From Catajapyx aquilonaris (Eukaryota), in the NCBI GenBank assembly GCA_000934665.2, contig KZ538075.1:1-64000 (forward strand): a stretch of DNA of 64,000 nt, given 5' to 3'. The number at the start of each line of letters is the position of its first letter. The first letter of the stretch is position 1. Below the pieces are notes generated by a model. That model had not been told where the DNA came from. It did not search any database and was given only the letters and a program-made list of their open reading frames with translations. Position numbers and translations under genes: made by a program. Shown piece by piece: positions 1-12,344 of this stretch.

Positions 1-529
1 GGGGGGGGGGTGTTTCCACGTGGGCAAGTTGCCCCTGGAATGTATGTGTTATGGTGTACATAATAGTAGGAAGGGTTATCTAGTAGGCAGGATGAAGAGT
101 TTGCGCCTGGTGCACAGTCAATGTGGCGAACAATACAGGAGGGTTGGTTACCTAACGGCAGGGATAAACTGAAGGTCATGTCCAATTAGGAAATGTTATA
201 GGTCGCATGCTCACTTCGCTAACCTTCAACTGGGGCTTCGTTACGAACAATTAGTACAGGGTGGTGCACACAGCCTGAGAGATGTCTTTTAATGGGACAT
301 TTTATGTGAGAAGACCCAATTACATATCTGGGCAAAAGGAGTAGGGAAATCATATTAATCAAATGCACTTTTTTATGGCCGGAATATCAGTGGTGGGATG
401 GATATTGTATTAATATTCTGCGATTGTAGCGGGGAAGGGGGGAGACGAGGGGTTAAATTGTGTTTGTTATGATTGTTTCGAAAATTGAATAGAATAGTTC
501 AAGTCAACCCCAGAAAACTTCGCTACAAT

Positions 530-585
530 AGTTGTCCATGGGAATCGAACCTGGAGCTCCCGAATGGAAATCTAACTTCCACTGG
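530..585 (-). mobile_element. Degenerate tRNA-derived fragment (SINE head or tRNA pseudogene remnant)
   Basis: Minus strand reads AGTGGAAGTTAGATTTCCATTCGGGAGCTCCAGGTTCGATTCCCATGGACAAC. It has a canonical B-box/T-arm (GGTTCGATTCCC) and resembles the 3' half of tRNA-Gly, but no complete cloverleaf can be folded. Confidence 0.4.
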
Positions 586-1027
586 CACAATAAAATATGG
601 AGCCTACAATCATATTCTCTTATCTCATTTTTATAAGTGGAGAGTTACTGCATTCCTGATATTTTACATTTATAGAAAGAAACACATCACTATACCATTA
701 TTGTTAAAGTCCTCTCCCGTTGGCGTGAACTGCCATATACATCTGAGCTTTAATAGTTGACTGTATAGCCTATTGTTGAGCATAGAGTAATCAATGAGGA
801 ACTTACTACACCTACAATTGGCATTTAGATTGCTTTTTTGCAATGCACTAGTATACAATACCTCAAATTAAGAGTATAGCTATATGCATAACAAAAAGTC
901 ACCAGGGAAATTCACTACCGGTTCTTCGTCACACTTTTTGTGTAATAGCGGCTTCACAATAAATCAATAATGGATTTCCATGGTTATTATTTTTGGTTAG
1001 CTGTTACACTAGCCTGACTAAGGTATA

Positions 1028-1145
1028 TAGTCTGGTGACCCGGGGTAGCTTGCCCCCTGGGGTAACTGGTTGTTTACTGCTATCCTTTTACATATGATGC
1101 CATGGTGATTGCCCCCGGGATAGCTTACCCCGGGTCATCAGACTA
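1028..1145. mobile_element. Small non-autonomous TIR element (MITE), TA-flanked
   Basis: Left end TAGTCTGGTGACCCGGGGTAGCTTGCCCCCTGGGGTAA is the imperfect inverted copy of right end TTGCCCCCGGGATAGCTTACCCCGGGTCATCAGACTA (about 35-40 bp TIR). TA on both sides; no ORF. Confidence 0.75.
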
Positions 1146-1313
1146 GGGGCCTAAGACGAAGAACTGGCCCATTCTTGTTATTAGTGGTATATGCTTAAGA
1201 ATTACTCCAATTGTTTCAGTAAAGAATATATCAGTGCCCCTCATCAGCTTCAATAAGAAAACATAATAATTATACTGTAAATACGTAACAGCGACTGATT
1301 AATGCCAGATCTA

Positions 1314-1502
1314 TACAGGGTGACCCAATGGTCTGGACACATAGGTAATTGTATTGTAGGTTGGCACAACTGGCAAGTTGTCAACTAACCCCTTGTTGAC
1401 AATCAGTAAAGGTTTTCTTATTGGGGGACAAGGAACCTGCCAGTTGTGCCAACCCACGAAACAATTACCTACGTGTCCAGACTTTTGGGTCACCATCATG
1501 TA
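1314..1502. mobile_element. Tc1/mariner-type MITE with ~65 bp TIRs
   Basis: TA|CAGGGTGACCCAATGGTCTGGACACATAGGTAATTGTATTGTAGGTTGGCACAACTGGCAAGTT pairs with AACCTGCCAGTTGTGCCAACCCACGAAACAATTACCTACGTGTCCAGACTTTTGGGTCACCATCATG|TA. TA target duplication and a CAGGGTG terminus are typical of Tc1/mariner derivatives. Confidence 0.85.
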
Positions 1503-4500
1503 TTTTAAAGCTGCGTACACACTACACAGAAATAATTCAATATTACAGCTTACATTACAATTGGTTATAGCACTGCGGCATTACTCTTAGTCGCATGGCT
1601 GCTTGAGCTGATAGCATTACACGCTATATGCTACAGCTGAGGAAACACATTTCAATGACTGATGAAAAATATCATTATCTAATATAGTGTTCTGCTTACA
1701 TTTGCGCCAGGGTCGGAATTGTCATGTTTCACCTGTCAGTATTGCAATAAACATGTCAGGAAAACTGGCTATTAACTTAATGAAAAGGTTGTTTTTGTTT
1801 CTGCACACAGCACTCTCAGTTTCCCTAGCGGAAAAAAATTCGCTCACTGCAGCAAACCAGCTGTTTAAACCAAACGTGTACGTAATTGACTTAACATCTT
1901 GTTCTAATATTTTCTTGGTGTAATAATTCATATTCCTAGTGCAAGTTAAACCAGTGCTGACATTGTCAATGCTTCCACGTATACTTAAAAATATACCACA
2001 CAGGGACAATCCAGAGTAGCAAAAAGTACTCAAATTTTCCATTTCTGCAAATGATGAATGGCATTCTCTCCTCCTTCAAAACACTTTAGTGAAGAGCCAT
2101 GCAACAATGTTTTAGTCTAATAAATTACCAGTTGCATTCAGTGGCTGCTCTGTCAATGCTGAGTCCAACTGTATACAGTATCCCGGCAGGTATATGAGAC
2201 AATATTGCATGGCGAATTTCTGACTGCAGTAACTAATTACGGAATTTTTACAGGCACAGGGACAGCAGAGACAGCCGAGACACACCACGTCAGCATCTGA
2301 ACCTCACCACACCATCACCACTCATCCGAAGGCAGCGAAATTCTGCCAAAAGACATAAACACCAATTACAAGGATTTTTTTCCCCTCTACTTCTCCCACT
2401 CGAAGATCCACAAGTACCCGGTAACTTAATGAATCAAGCCCGTGTTTACTTGATATCCAATTTGGGAAGGGTTGAACCTCCTCAAAGGGCAGGGAACGGC
2501 AAGTGAACAGTCAATTAGGGTAGCGCACAGCATTCCGCTTTCCTGGAGAATCACTCGGGCTTTTCGCCCCGGATAGAATACGACTCTAAGGGTGTCAATT
2601 ATTCAGATTAGATGCCAAGCACTCTAATGTGTGTGGGGGTCCTGTTGATTCGAGGCTGTGCAGAGTTTATGTATACAGGTTAGCTGACAGACACACCAAC
2701 TTTTTTTTTTTTACTGCTCTTTAGAAAGAATGGGCTCAAAATGTGCATAGGGGGGGGGGAGGGGTTAGACTACTCTAAACATAGCAAAATTTTTAGTGAT
2801 TACTGATTAGTCTCGACAACATATTCCTCGTGAGGAATTTTTTTGAATCACTCAATGTGACTTGGGCATCTCTTTCCTGAAAAACAATTTGCTTTGATCT
2901 GTTATTTATTTGTTACTATTATTTTGTTATTCCTTTGATGTGTAATTAAAGATGTTTCAATAATGTTTGTATTAGGGATGATCTGCTCATGCTTTAATAA
3001 TAAGGGAAATCAGATGTAATGTATGTGCCATGTCCAAATCGGTACCATAATGTCGTGTAAGTCGTTTACATGCACATATCTGGCAATAGGCTCGAAATTG
3101 CGGTTGTTTGGAATTTTCCTAGTTGTTTATTATAATATAATTTATTTCTTCGAATGTGTCATGGTTTAAGCTTATTGTTTTAAAATTAGCTGCATCTTCC
3201 TTCTTCATCGCTAATTAGCCTTTTACAGGTTAAATGTTTGTTTTATTATTATTTAGGCACACTACATGCCAAATAAGTGTCGTGTGAACCGCATCGTGGC
3301 TTTAGGCAACTATCATTCCTCATCCAGTGTAAAGTCTGGTCTTGACAAATCGTAAGAAGAAAGAAAAAAACAATGTACACACAGCAACAATCTGCTCCTC
3401 TGGATATTTTTAGATTATGGAATTAAGGGTACTAGACCCTCGAAACCTTATTTCCGTTACCCAAAGTGGAGTTGATGCACCTTACCATTTATGCCCCTAT
3501 TAATTAAAAGAAGTGGCTTATTCACATTCGCGTAACAAAAAAAGATGATTTGAACTGGTCGTCAGTTCCTTCCACTTGACCCGTATGGAAATGAACGCTT
3601 CCATTATTCTGCCTTCCCGGATAAAGTATCCGGAGATGAGAGAATGCTTCAAGAACTCAGTCTTTTCCCCCACTCCTCTTTATATCGATTTTTTAAATGC
3701 ACACTGTGAATATTCATGAAAAAAGACCTGACCCGGCTCTCACTTGTTGTCGGTGGGCCAGGACTCAACCCTTCTTAATCAAGGATCTTAGTATGCAAAT
3801 ATCAAATTAGTCTTCCTTTTGGGTGTAATACCTCAGTGCTTTGAATGCCAACTTCTTAAATCCAGGAGTTGTATTAGCTCCCGGTTTTCTCCTGAAAAGG
3901 CATCTGACAAAATGGGTGTTTCAATTGTTCCTGCTGATTATTGGGTGTAACATGTGTCACCGAGTGTACTGCAATACCGATGCTAAAATCTGATTTTGGA
4001 GTAGAACATCATAGAGTATTTTCAGAGCCGTTTTGGATGGGAGCGGATGAAGCGGATGGGAGCCAGAAGGTGGCGACACCAAGTGACCGAATTGGGAATC
4101 ACCAAACGCCGCACAGCTCAACTGAAAGGAGCACTTGCGCCAGTCACTGCATTTATATTGCAGCAGTTCTTAAAACTAACGTCTCATAAAAAGGGCAATA
4201 AATCATGATACACCTACCCCCCATACCTCGTAACTAAGTCCGCACATGCTTATGCGTTTTTATTCACTTGCAGAAGATGCGTTTGCTACTTAATCGTTGG
4301 GCATAAATATGTTTTGTTGATAAATGAGGGTGTTATTAATATGCGTTGGTGTGTACACTGTTGTGAAATTAACATTACAGCTCTCATACGGTAATGTGTA
4401 ATTTCACTGAGAGGTCGATTTGTTTCTAGAATATACATACTCATTTTTAAAAACTTGAATGTAGGATTTGCAGACGAGAATCAGGTAAGAATAGTGTGCA

Positions 4501-4659
4501 AAATGCAGAATACGTAGGTTTCAACAGTATTTTTTAGATCAATATGGGCTTGAATAAATGGCAAGCTATACGTTTCAGTCGCGATGATATTGCACAGCAA
4601 CAGGCTGTTATATCTGAAATAATGTTACTCAAAAAATGACCCAGTACTGGATAATACTG

Positions 4660-4845
4660 CCCAACGTATGTGCAAGAAGTATTCCACTTGCTGTGATGGA
4701 AGTCCTACGATATGTAATGCAATTTGTGCCGGACTGGTCTCTGGATGCACGACATCTCTTGGCAACTTCCCAAAGCTTGTCCAGGCAAGTGGAAGTGGCG
4801 CTTTGGGCTTCCCCTGGTGGACAAAGTGTTCGAAACCTAAAGCCC
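4660..4845 (-). mobile_element. Probable decayed RTE-clade LINE ORF2 fragment
   Basis: Minus-strand translation contains LAWTSFGKL (4789-4763), resembling the post-RT motif 'AW.AFGKL' of RTE elements. Neighbouring frames give LG/S upstream and KL..YR.SI..ILL downstream, but several frameshifts are needed. Consensus recalled, not searched. Confidence 0.35.
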
Positions 4846-7800
4846 GCTTACACGTCATATACTGTATATAGAGAGAGAGCTCTACCGGGTCGAACAAAAG
4901 TCGTTCATATCCATATCGGTGAGACTATCTGATGCTCATTTCCAGCCTTTTATGCTTCCTAACCAATGGTATATACACAGCTCCCTGGCTACATGTGAAG
5001 CTGAAATGACAGAAGGGAGCTTTCACGAAATTTCCACCTATGTTGATCTGAGCTGGCTTTTGTTCCACACATGTCATATGTGAGTGTACTCTGGCATACA
5101 GTACTAAACTCCAATTACCAAAATGGTACAAAACGAATTGTCGAAACATGCGAATTTCACATTATGTCAATAAAGTTCGGAGTTTACCCCCAAAAAATTG
5201 TAATTTTGAATGCCAAGCAGTATCCGTAACCCACACTGCTTACAACTGATGAGGATGCAATTACTGATTGAAATTATTACACACGAATACAAATACGTCA
5301 CGCATAGTAACAAGGAAAACCATCCGAGCTACATGTAATATGCATGATTATTACTTTTTCATCAGCAAGTCTGACTAAGAGGTATCCTCTTACAGTGTCG
5401 AATATTCTTGCAAATTTTCTACTAATGCCACTTCACATGCACATACGACAACCTAATTTTTTTATTGCACTGTAATGTTAGTGCATGCTTACTCTTTCAT
5501 TTTTTTTAAAAAAAAAGTGCACCTTGCTTATTATAGCCTAGCACCCGAAAGTGCTTGAAAGCCTCGGCGTGAGTCAAACAACTCGATGCAATTAAAACAC
5601 CCGGCATATGTAGCCAAAACAATATTAGGTTATTTTGATATGTTTACGTACACAAGTCACGGACTTTTCTGAGCACCTCATGTCCTCTTGTCACGTGCGG
5701 CATGGGCCGTATCTTTGCAGCTCTTTGAAGCACGAGAGCAAACTAGTCATACCGGCTGCAACCACTTTATGCCACAGCTCAATACATGCTAATGTATTCC
5801 ACACGGTCAAATTTCATCAGGGTCGCCTACAAGCTACGACCCCCTATAGGTGATAAACGCATTTCTGCCAAGCGCAATATGTCAACACCTAATTTTTTTT
5901 TAAAAAAAAGACTATCGCACTGTATCCTTTGAAGAAGAATAGAAAAGAGGTGAGTGACATTTGTAGCAAACGCATAGCAGATGACATTGCTATGAAGTGA
6001 ACCTAATTTGGGAGCCACTTCCCTGTACTCATTTACGAAGGCGCAAAAAGTCCATATGGATCTGGCCACACTGGAGGCACACACAAGAGCCCTGCCGCCT
6101 GCACTTACGGCACACAGCAGGGGGAGCGAAGAAAGGAAGATGGGCACCTGACCATATTCACATGCAAATGACAGTGTCGGAAAAGTGGTGGGGGTTGTTT
6201 GCAGTTGGGGTTATGTAGGGACCCCGCCAGCTGGACTTTGCCAGTAGGACGCGTGCTTGTGTCACGTGGCAACACACACATACGGCACGGGATCACTATT
6301 TGGAGACGACTCACCAGTACTATATCGTGGGGGGACTACTATTTTTTAGAGGGCGTGGGAGGATACTGGCTCAAAGAGACCACTAGCGTTTTCTTTTTGG
6401 GCCTGTGGATATAGTATGACGGATATTTTTTGTATGTGACAGATGCATTGCGACATAACTGTTAACATTTTCATTTACAGATCAACTATATCATTTTCAC
6501 ACACAAAATTAAATAGTATACGCAGCATTTGACAAGAGTGCCGTAAAATCAATTTTTTCTATACTTGTGTATGGCACATGGCTGTTTTAAAATAACATCT
6601 TAATGAAAGAGATGAATTATGCATGTCGCGAGCGTCAAAGGAAAATAAAATTACGCACGAATCCATAGCTGATACAATTATTATGAAGCACAAAGTATGG
6701 AGATTCCGAACTATTAACTACGTTTTTTTTTCTATAGCAGCGAAAAAAGTTATGCCATTCAATAGGACGCGAGAGTTTGATAAAGCGAGCAATTAAGATG
6801 CAGTCGCGGATGCTATAAAATTGCAAAGCATCTGTTGCAAGCTTAGCCTTTCATTCATCCCTTTAAAGCGTGAAAGAAATTTGCATACATTTGACAAGAT
6901 TGAGCTTTGTTCTCGGCGATGAAGAAGGGCAGACAGCCAATCCTGCAGGCTGGCACCAGGTCTCTCTCACATTCGATTTGTCAAATACACAATTTCCTCA
7001 CGCACACGCATTTAAAAAAAAAAAACAGCTTTGCTTTTGATCATGTGGAACATGCTGACTACAACCTTAATCGAACTCGTGCCTGAGTGTGCCTGTTTGG
7101 ACAGTCCGTCCCCATCAGGATACAACCAGCTGTCATATGTATTTGCCTACCTGGAGTATGTACACCAGAATCGCATTAAAATTTTAGGACATACGAGATC
7201 GGAATATATAATTAAAATGAAAATTATGCAGCGTAGTATTGTGCAAGGACTTAAAGTTTGATATTTAAAAAAAATATGTACCTTACTTTTTGATTCTGAA
7301 CTCATACATTGCCGCCGTGTGCACACTACACTGCAAAAGGCAAGCATCCGGAAGGAGCGAAAAAAGTTAGCCGTTGCCCACTTCAAAGCATTAAAAAAAA
7401 CACTCAGTACTAACCACATGCAGATTTTCTCATGGCTTGGGGACAGCCTTTTCCATGAAAGAATAAATTCAACCCCTGGGTACGGCGAAACGTTAATCTG
7501 ATTACTCCAGCAGCTTTTTCCTTTTGCCATCTTTTCTGGCGACTCTGATGACATCTCTTCTGGACGGCCTGCGGTCTATGTCCGCCAATTCACCACAATC
7601 CATTCGGCCCTTGCTGGCTTATGCAAGTCTTTTGTCCGCTTTTGGGGACCCACCCCTCCCTGTCCCCCCACTCGCCCATAGTAATAAAATGGACACTGGG
7701 CCCCAGCAGCCTCGACGGGGACAGCTTTTCTGTATGAAAATCGTCTGTATGGCGTGCGCTCTGGAGTTTGGTGCAGCAAAGAGTCGTGTGGGGTGGCAGG

Positions 7801-8129
7801 CGGTGAGGGGGTGGGAGGGAGGAGGACGAACATGAGTGTGGGGGGGATACAATCTGATTAATGGTCCAGAGTGGAGACGACAGAAAGCCATCCTCTTTTT
7901 CTGGTCCCTCCAAAAGAGGACTGATCTATGGCAGCATCGCTGCTGTGCAGAGTGCCTACCGCTCTTTTATTGAAGATGGGTCATCTTGACCAGCTATTAC
8001 AGTGTGCGTACCCTTTTGATTGGTATATGCATGTTGGATGATTTGCAAACTTGACAGTTTTGTTGTAAAGAAGTTGGTAAAGTTAATCAGAATGTGGGTG
8101 TATATAATTTTTTTTTGAAATATCGCATG

Positions 8130-8192
8130 GTGGAGTTTCAAAGATGAGTTCTCTTCATGTTTGTGTGGGTTTTTATGGGGTTCCCGTTTCCT
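8130..8192 (+). mobile_element. SINE central-domain fragment (V-domain-like)
   Basis: GTGGAGTTT...GTTCTCTTCATGTTTGTGTGGGTTTTTATGGGGTTCCCGTTTCCT resembles the V-SINE core as recalled (GTGGAGTTTGCATGTTCTCCCCGTGTCTGCGTGGGTTTCCTCCGGGTGCTCCGGTTTCCT) and the related copy at 12299-12344. Confidence 0.55.
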
Positions 8193-8507
8193 GCTGCATG
8201 GGATGGTTCTAGTGTAGCCGAACACTTCACAACAACCCTATTCCAACGATGCTATACCGAATGAAAGTCACATGACAACTCTCAAATGTATATTATCACA
8301 CAAGAGGTATAAACATCTGCTCTACAGGACAGTCAATCAACAACTCTCTACATACCACAACAACTCCAAAACACTCCAAACATTGGTTACATAGCAACCG
8401 TTATCATTACACAATACATTCTACCAGACAATACGTAAACAGACCGTTGCTAGGACTGCGACACTGTACACTTCACTATTGTCATTTTCTTACTGTGCTG
8501 TGTCAGA

Positions 8508-8570
8508 GGACGGCAAGGTGAAGTAGTCATCGTCACAGCTACCACTTCTGAGGTCCTGAGTTCGACCCTT
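8508..8570 (+). mobile_element. tRNA-derived SINE head
   Basis: ACCACTTCTGAGGTCCTGAGTTCGACCC contains a B-box-like GAGTTCGA. The 16-mer ACCACTTCTGAGGTCC (8541-8556) is identical to the minus-strand copy at 36623-36638. Confidence 0.6.
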
Positions 8571-8671
8571 ATATTATAATTGAATAATTTACTCATGTGG
8601 GTCCCTCTCCGCATAAGTCCTTCCTTCCCTATTCTACTCTCCCCATAATTTATGTGGTCTTGGTTACCTTG

Positions 8672-8760
8672 CCCCCCCCCCCCCNCCCCCCAAAAAAAAA
8701 ACAACAACAACAACAACAACAACAAGAACAACATACAAACAAACAAACCGCAACAACAGA
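8672..8760. repeat. Poly-C, poly-A and (CAA)n microsatellite
   Basis: A C run containing an N at 8685, then an A run, then about 8 perfect ACA/CAA units decaying into CAAA units. Confidence 0.95.
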
Positions 8761-11700
8761 AAAGTTGCTTTCTGCCAGTAACTTTCCTCTGAAGATAAGC
8801 CATTCAGACAGCAGCTCCTCGATTAATTACTTTAATTTTATATTAGTATATTTCCGTTCCATACCATTTCTTCCCGTACTTACGATTGCGTATATAAGAG
8901 GAGATAATGATCACATATCTGTTACGTTGAATGTGTGGATCTGCTGGTTTTATGCAATATTCCATGCACTCCTTTATATGAGGCAGTCCTTCATTAAGTA
9001 TATAGCTATTCATTTCCCTTCCACCGTATGCATTGTGTTGTATACGCAATACAATACACACGGCGGAAAGGAAATGAATAGCTAATTAAAAAGCAAGCAT
9101 ATATGCTTACTTTTAAACACCTGTGTGCATGTAGAATATAACTTTGTATCCCCTGCCCAAATCCATATAGAATGGAGAAAAGAGTAGGCTAATGCATTGC
9201 CTATATACTTCAGCAATCAGTTTCAAAAGAAGAAACTATCGCGACAAGCGAATGTTGCCCTGATTGTTGCTTCAAGCATCAGGTTGATTTAAAGAAAAAA
9301 AATTGATTGACGAGAATTCATAATTCTCTACTCATAACTCCTCCCCTCTTCTCCCACTGCTGATCCCTGCATGGAGGCCACATGTTACTCCCTTATGCCA
9401 CAATAATATCAATATACTCGTAGTTACTAAAATGGGGCCTACTACAACCCTGTGTGTGAATAATTTAAATTCACATGGTGTGAAAACCTTGCAGTATACG
9501 GTAATGTATGCTGATCCTTTTTATCTCATTGTTACATATTTTTCGAATGCGATCTTAGATCACTTAGAATAGCCTCTAGCCTACTGTTAATGGCCAGATG
9601 CGTAAGGTGGACTTGAAGCACCTCAACTTATTAAAGTAGCCTACCCCCATGCAAATGAAAAAATACCGTTGTAAACATTCGAAATTTTGGCAGGAAACTT
9701 GTGCAATCGGCCTCTCAACATTTTGTAAATGTACTATAGCTTATAAACAGGTATCCCAGGGTGGGTGTTGCAAAATTGGAGCACTTCCTGTCGGAGTTTG
9801 GTTTCTTGACAATTTATAAAATAAAATTAGCCTATACCCAATGTCCGTGATACAAGATGAAGATGAGCTATTGTTTTTATGTTCACCAACATAAAAACAA
9901 TAGCTCATTGAACCGGAAGAAAATTATAAGTTTTAAGCTGGATGACTTAAAGTCTCCAATTTTGCCACAAAATTTTATCATCCAGCCAGTTTCGCATTAT
10001 GAGAGGGAGATAACTATAAAGCTTGGCACGTGTAACATTAAAAGAATACGAGTAGGTAAAAAACGCTTATTGCTAATAAAATATATTTTAATTGAGATGA
10101 AGCTGTAACAAACTTCAGAACTGACATATAAGATAATGTCATATGTATCTAGCACTCGAATTATTAATAAATTTTTTGACATTTAACTGAATGAGGTGAT
10201 GTGGATCAGGCATCGCTCGCACAGATCAGGCAACTTGGCAAGATTGTTATCAAAGAACGCTAAACAAAAGAAAGTGAAGCATGGTTCTACAAATAAATGT
10301 GAAAAAGTATCACAGCTTACAGCATACAGAGGAAATTAAATGATCATCAAAAATATATGATTTAAAATTATGTTGATATTTGCGAAAGTGCTAAATAAAA
10401 GCATACCTGCACGCTGCATGGACGTCCCCCCCCCCCCATTGCCTTCAACATGTATCCAACTCAATAGCACAAAGTGCTCTTCAGTGTAAGTTCAGGTTAA
10501 AGCTCATATCCAAGTAGAAAAAAAGTTGTGCGTGTGACATAATAGCACTGTCATAACTTAGTCATATTTTGAACGACACGCTATTTGAACATGTAACCTA
10601 CCGATCAATCCCATGGTAACGGATCCACCAGAATAATATTCGCACGATGTCTTTTGGCCAATATATCAGGACGCATAACCGAAATCCCTCCTAACTAGGG
10701 ACCAACCTCTCTCACCCAACAGTCCTCATTTTTTCCCCTCCTAACTTTTCCCCTTAAACGAACCAATCCGGTGGGGAGTGTATCGGCCCAGTGTTTGTCC
10801 CCATCCTAGACCTGCATTATGTGATGAATCCAATCCAGGGGGGCTATTCCGACCCACCAACGGGGGGGGACTGACCAAAACTCCCAATTCCTTTTTGTCT
10901 CGGCTTCTCATACATGCACATAATCCCTGCCACAAAATCCTGAGAGCCTCTCTCCTCTGTCTTGGGGATAAGACCAACGAGGGAGGAAATTCAATAAAGA
11001 AATATAATAGATGAGTAGAAAAAATGGTCACTGGTTAATAATGAAGCCTGTTCAGGATAATATGAGTGCTCCAGCCAAATAACCATTTAGTGAGAATGAC
11101 AATGTCTGAAGGTAGCATTAGGGTATTTAATTTCACAATGTCCAGTACTGTTTGGTATGAGGACCTATAGTGGGTTAAAGCCAACATCAAAATATGACAC
11201 TATATATTTGTTATTTAGTGCTTTGACACTCGGTTACGCTGCATGCGATAATAATTCACAATGTTAGTGACATGCATTTACAAAATATTAGCTGGTCGCT
11301 TTGTGCTACAGACAGCGATGGCAGGTTTTTTTTTTATACCCCTTTCGTGATCACCTCAGCCAATTTTATTGCACTGACGTGAAATTATTTTCAACAGGCC
11401 GCTACAGGCGACTCACCGTTTAGTGTACATACTGTCGGGTGCTCTTGAATAATAGCAAAGAAGACACAAAAGTGTGTTGGCACGCACACGAGCTTGGAGT
11501 TGGGCAATCTAAATCGGGTTGATTCACAGGCAGCAGGGGCGATTTATGAGCATCCGGGCCATCAATGCATCCGTAGCTCATCTCTAAGCGGGGCATATCC
11601 AGTGGAAAATCGCGGGCATGACCATTAAACTACTCTTTGCTAACTGCGGCTTTTATCGATCGTTAAATGGCACTTCTCTCATTTCTGTTTCTTGCGGCTG

Positions 11701-12200
11701 GGGGCTGGATTATATTCCCTCTGGCTTTATGGTGTATAAAGCTGCCCCTCCATCTCTCTACACGATGGTCAAATAAAGCCGCTTGTTAATATTCCAGTAA
11801 AAGGATCATTTGATGAGTTGATCAATTGGAGACTCGCCATTATCAAGTCATAGAGGTTTTGAGGTGTACTATATCAGTGCGACAAGTATTTTTTTTTTTC
11901 ATTTTTAATATTCCGTCCAAACAACAGCCCCTTCTCATCTGAAGCTGAAATTTTTGTGCTGCCACATTAAAGTACCTCTGTCATTCATGCGCCCTTGTTT
12001 TTGTGACATTCCCGACAGCATGCAATATTTTTAGAGCTCTACACATGGTCTCGGAAACGACTTTCATACTGTATAGTAATTTTTATGCATACTGGCATTC
12101 AAGCAGCACTACTGGAAAAGCGACTGGTTTTTAAACAGTATATATGCCCCTTTGGTGTATTTTTCAGTTTGATTGCAAGTGCACTGTACAAGTAATATAC

Positions 12201-12344
12201 TGGTAATACTGGCCTCCCACCTATGAGGTCCCGAGTTTGATGCTCGGATTGGAGTTGAAATTTCTCATATGGAATTTAGGTGAGGTCTATCCGTGCTTGC
12301 GTGGGTTTTATCAGGTTCTCACCTTTCCTTCCATCATCAAAACC
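12201..12344 (+). mobile_element. tRNA-derived SINE with V-domain-like core
   Basis: Head GGCCTCCCACCTATGAGGTCCCGAGTTTGATGCTCGG (degenerate B-box, similar to the heads at 8541 and 36623) is followed by GCGTGGGTTTTATCAGGTTCTCACCTTTCCTTCCATCATCAAAACC. The latter matches the conserved GCGTGGGTTTTCTCCGGGTACTCCGGTTTCCTCCCAC core of V/Meta-type SINEs. Confidence 0.7.

Noticed and set aside
6739..7369. 14 bp direct repeat AGCGAAAAAAGTTA
   Set aside because: Low complexity; several 14-mer matches are expected by chance in 64 kb.
8597..9085. 162 aa ORF with poly-P, poly-K and poly-Q resembling a transcription factor
   Set aside because: The runs are translations of poly-C, poly-A and a (CAA)n microsatellite.
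10526..10539. TTGTGCGTGTGACA matching the 5' part of miR-210
   Set aside because: The match stops after 14 nt and I see no complementary arm.
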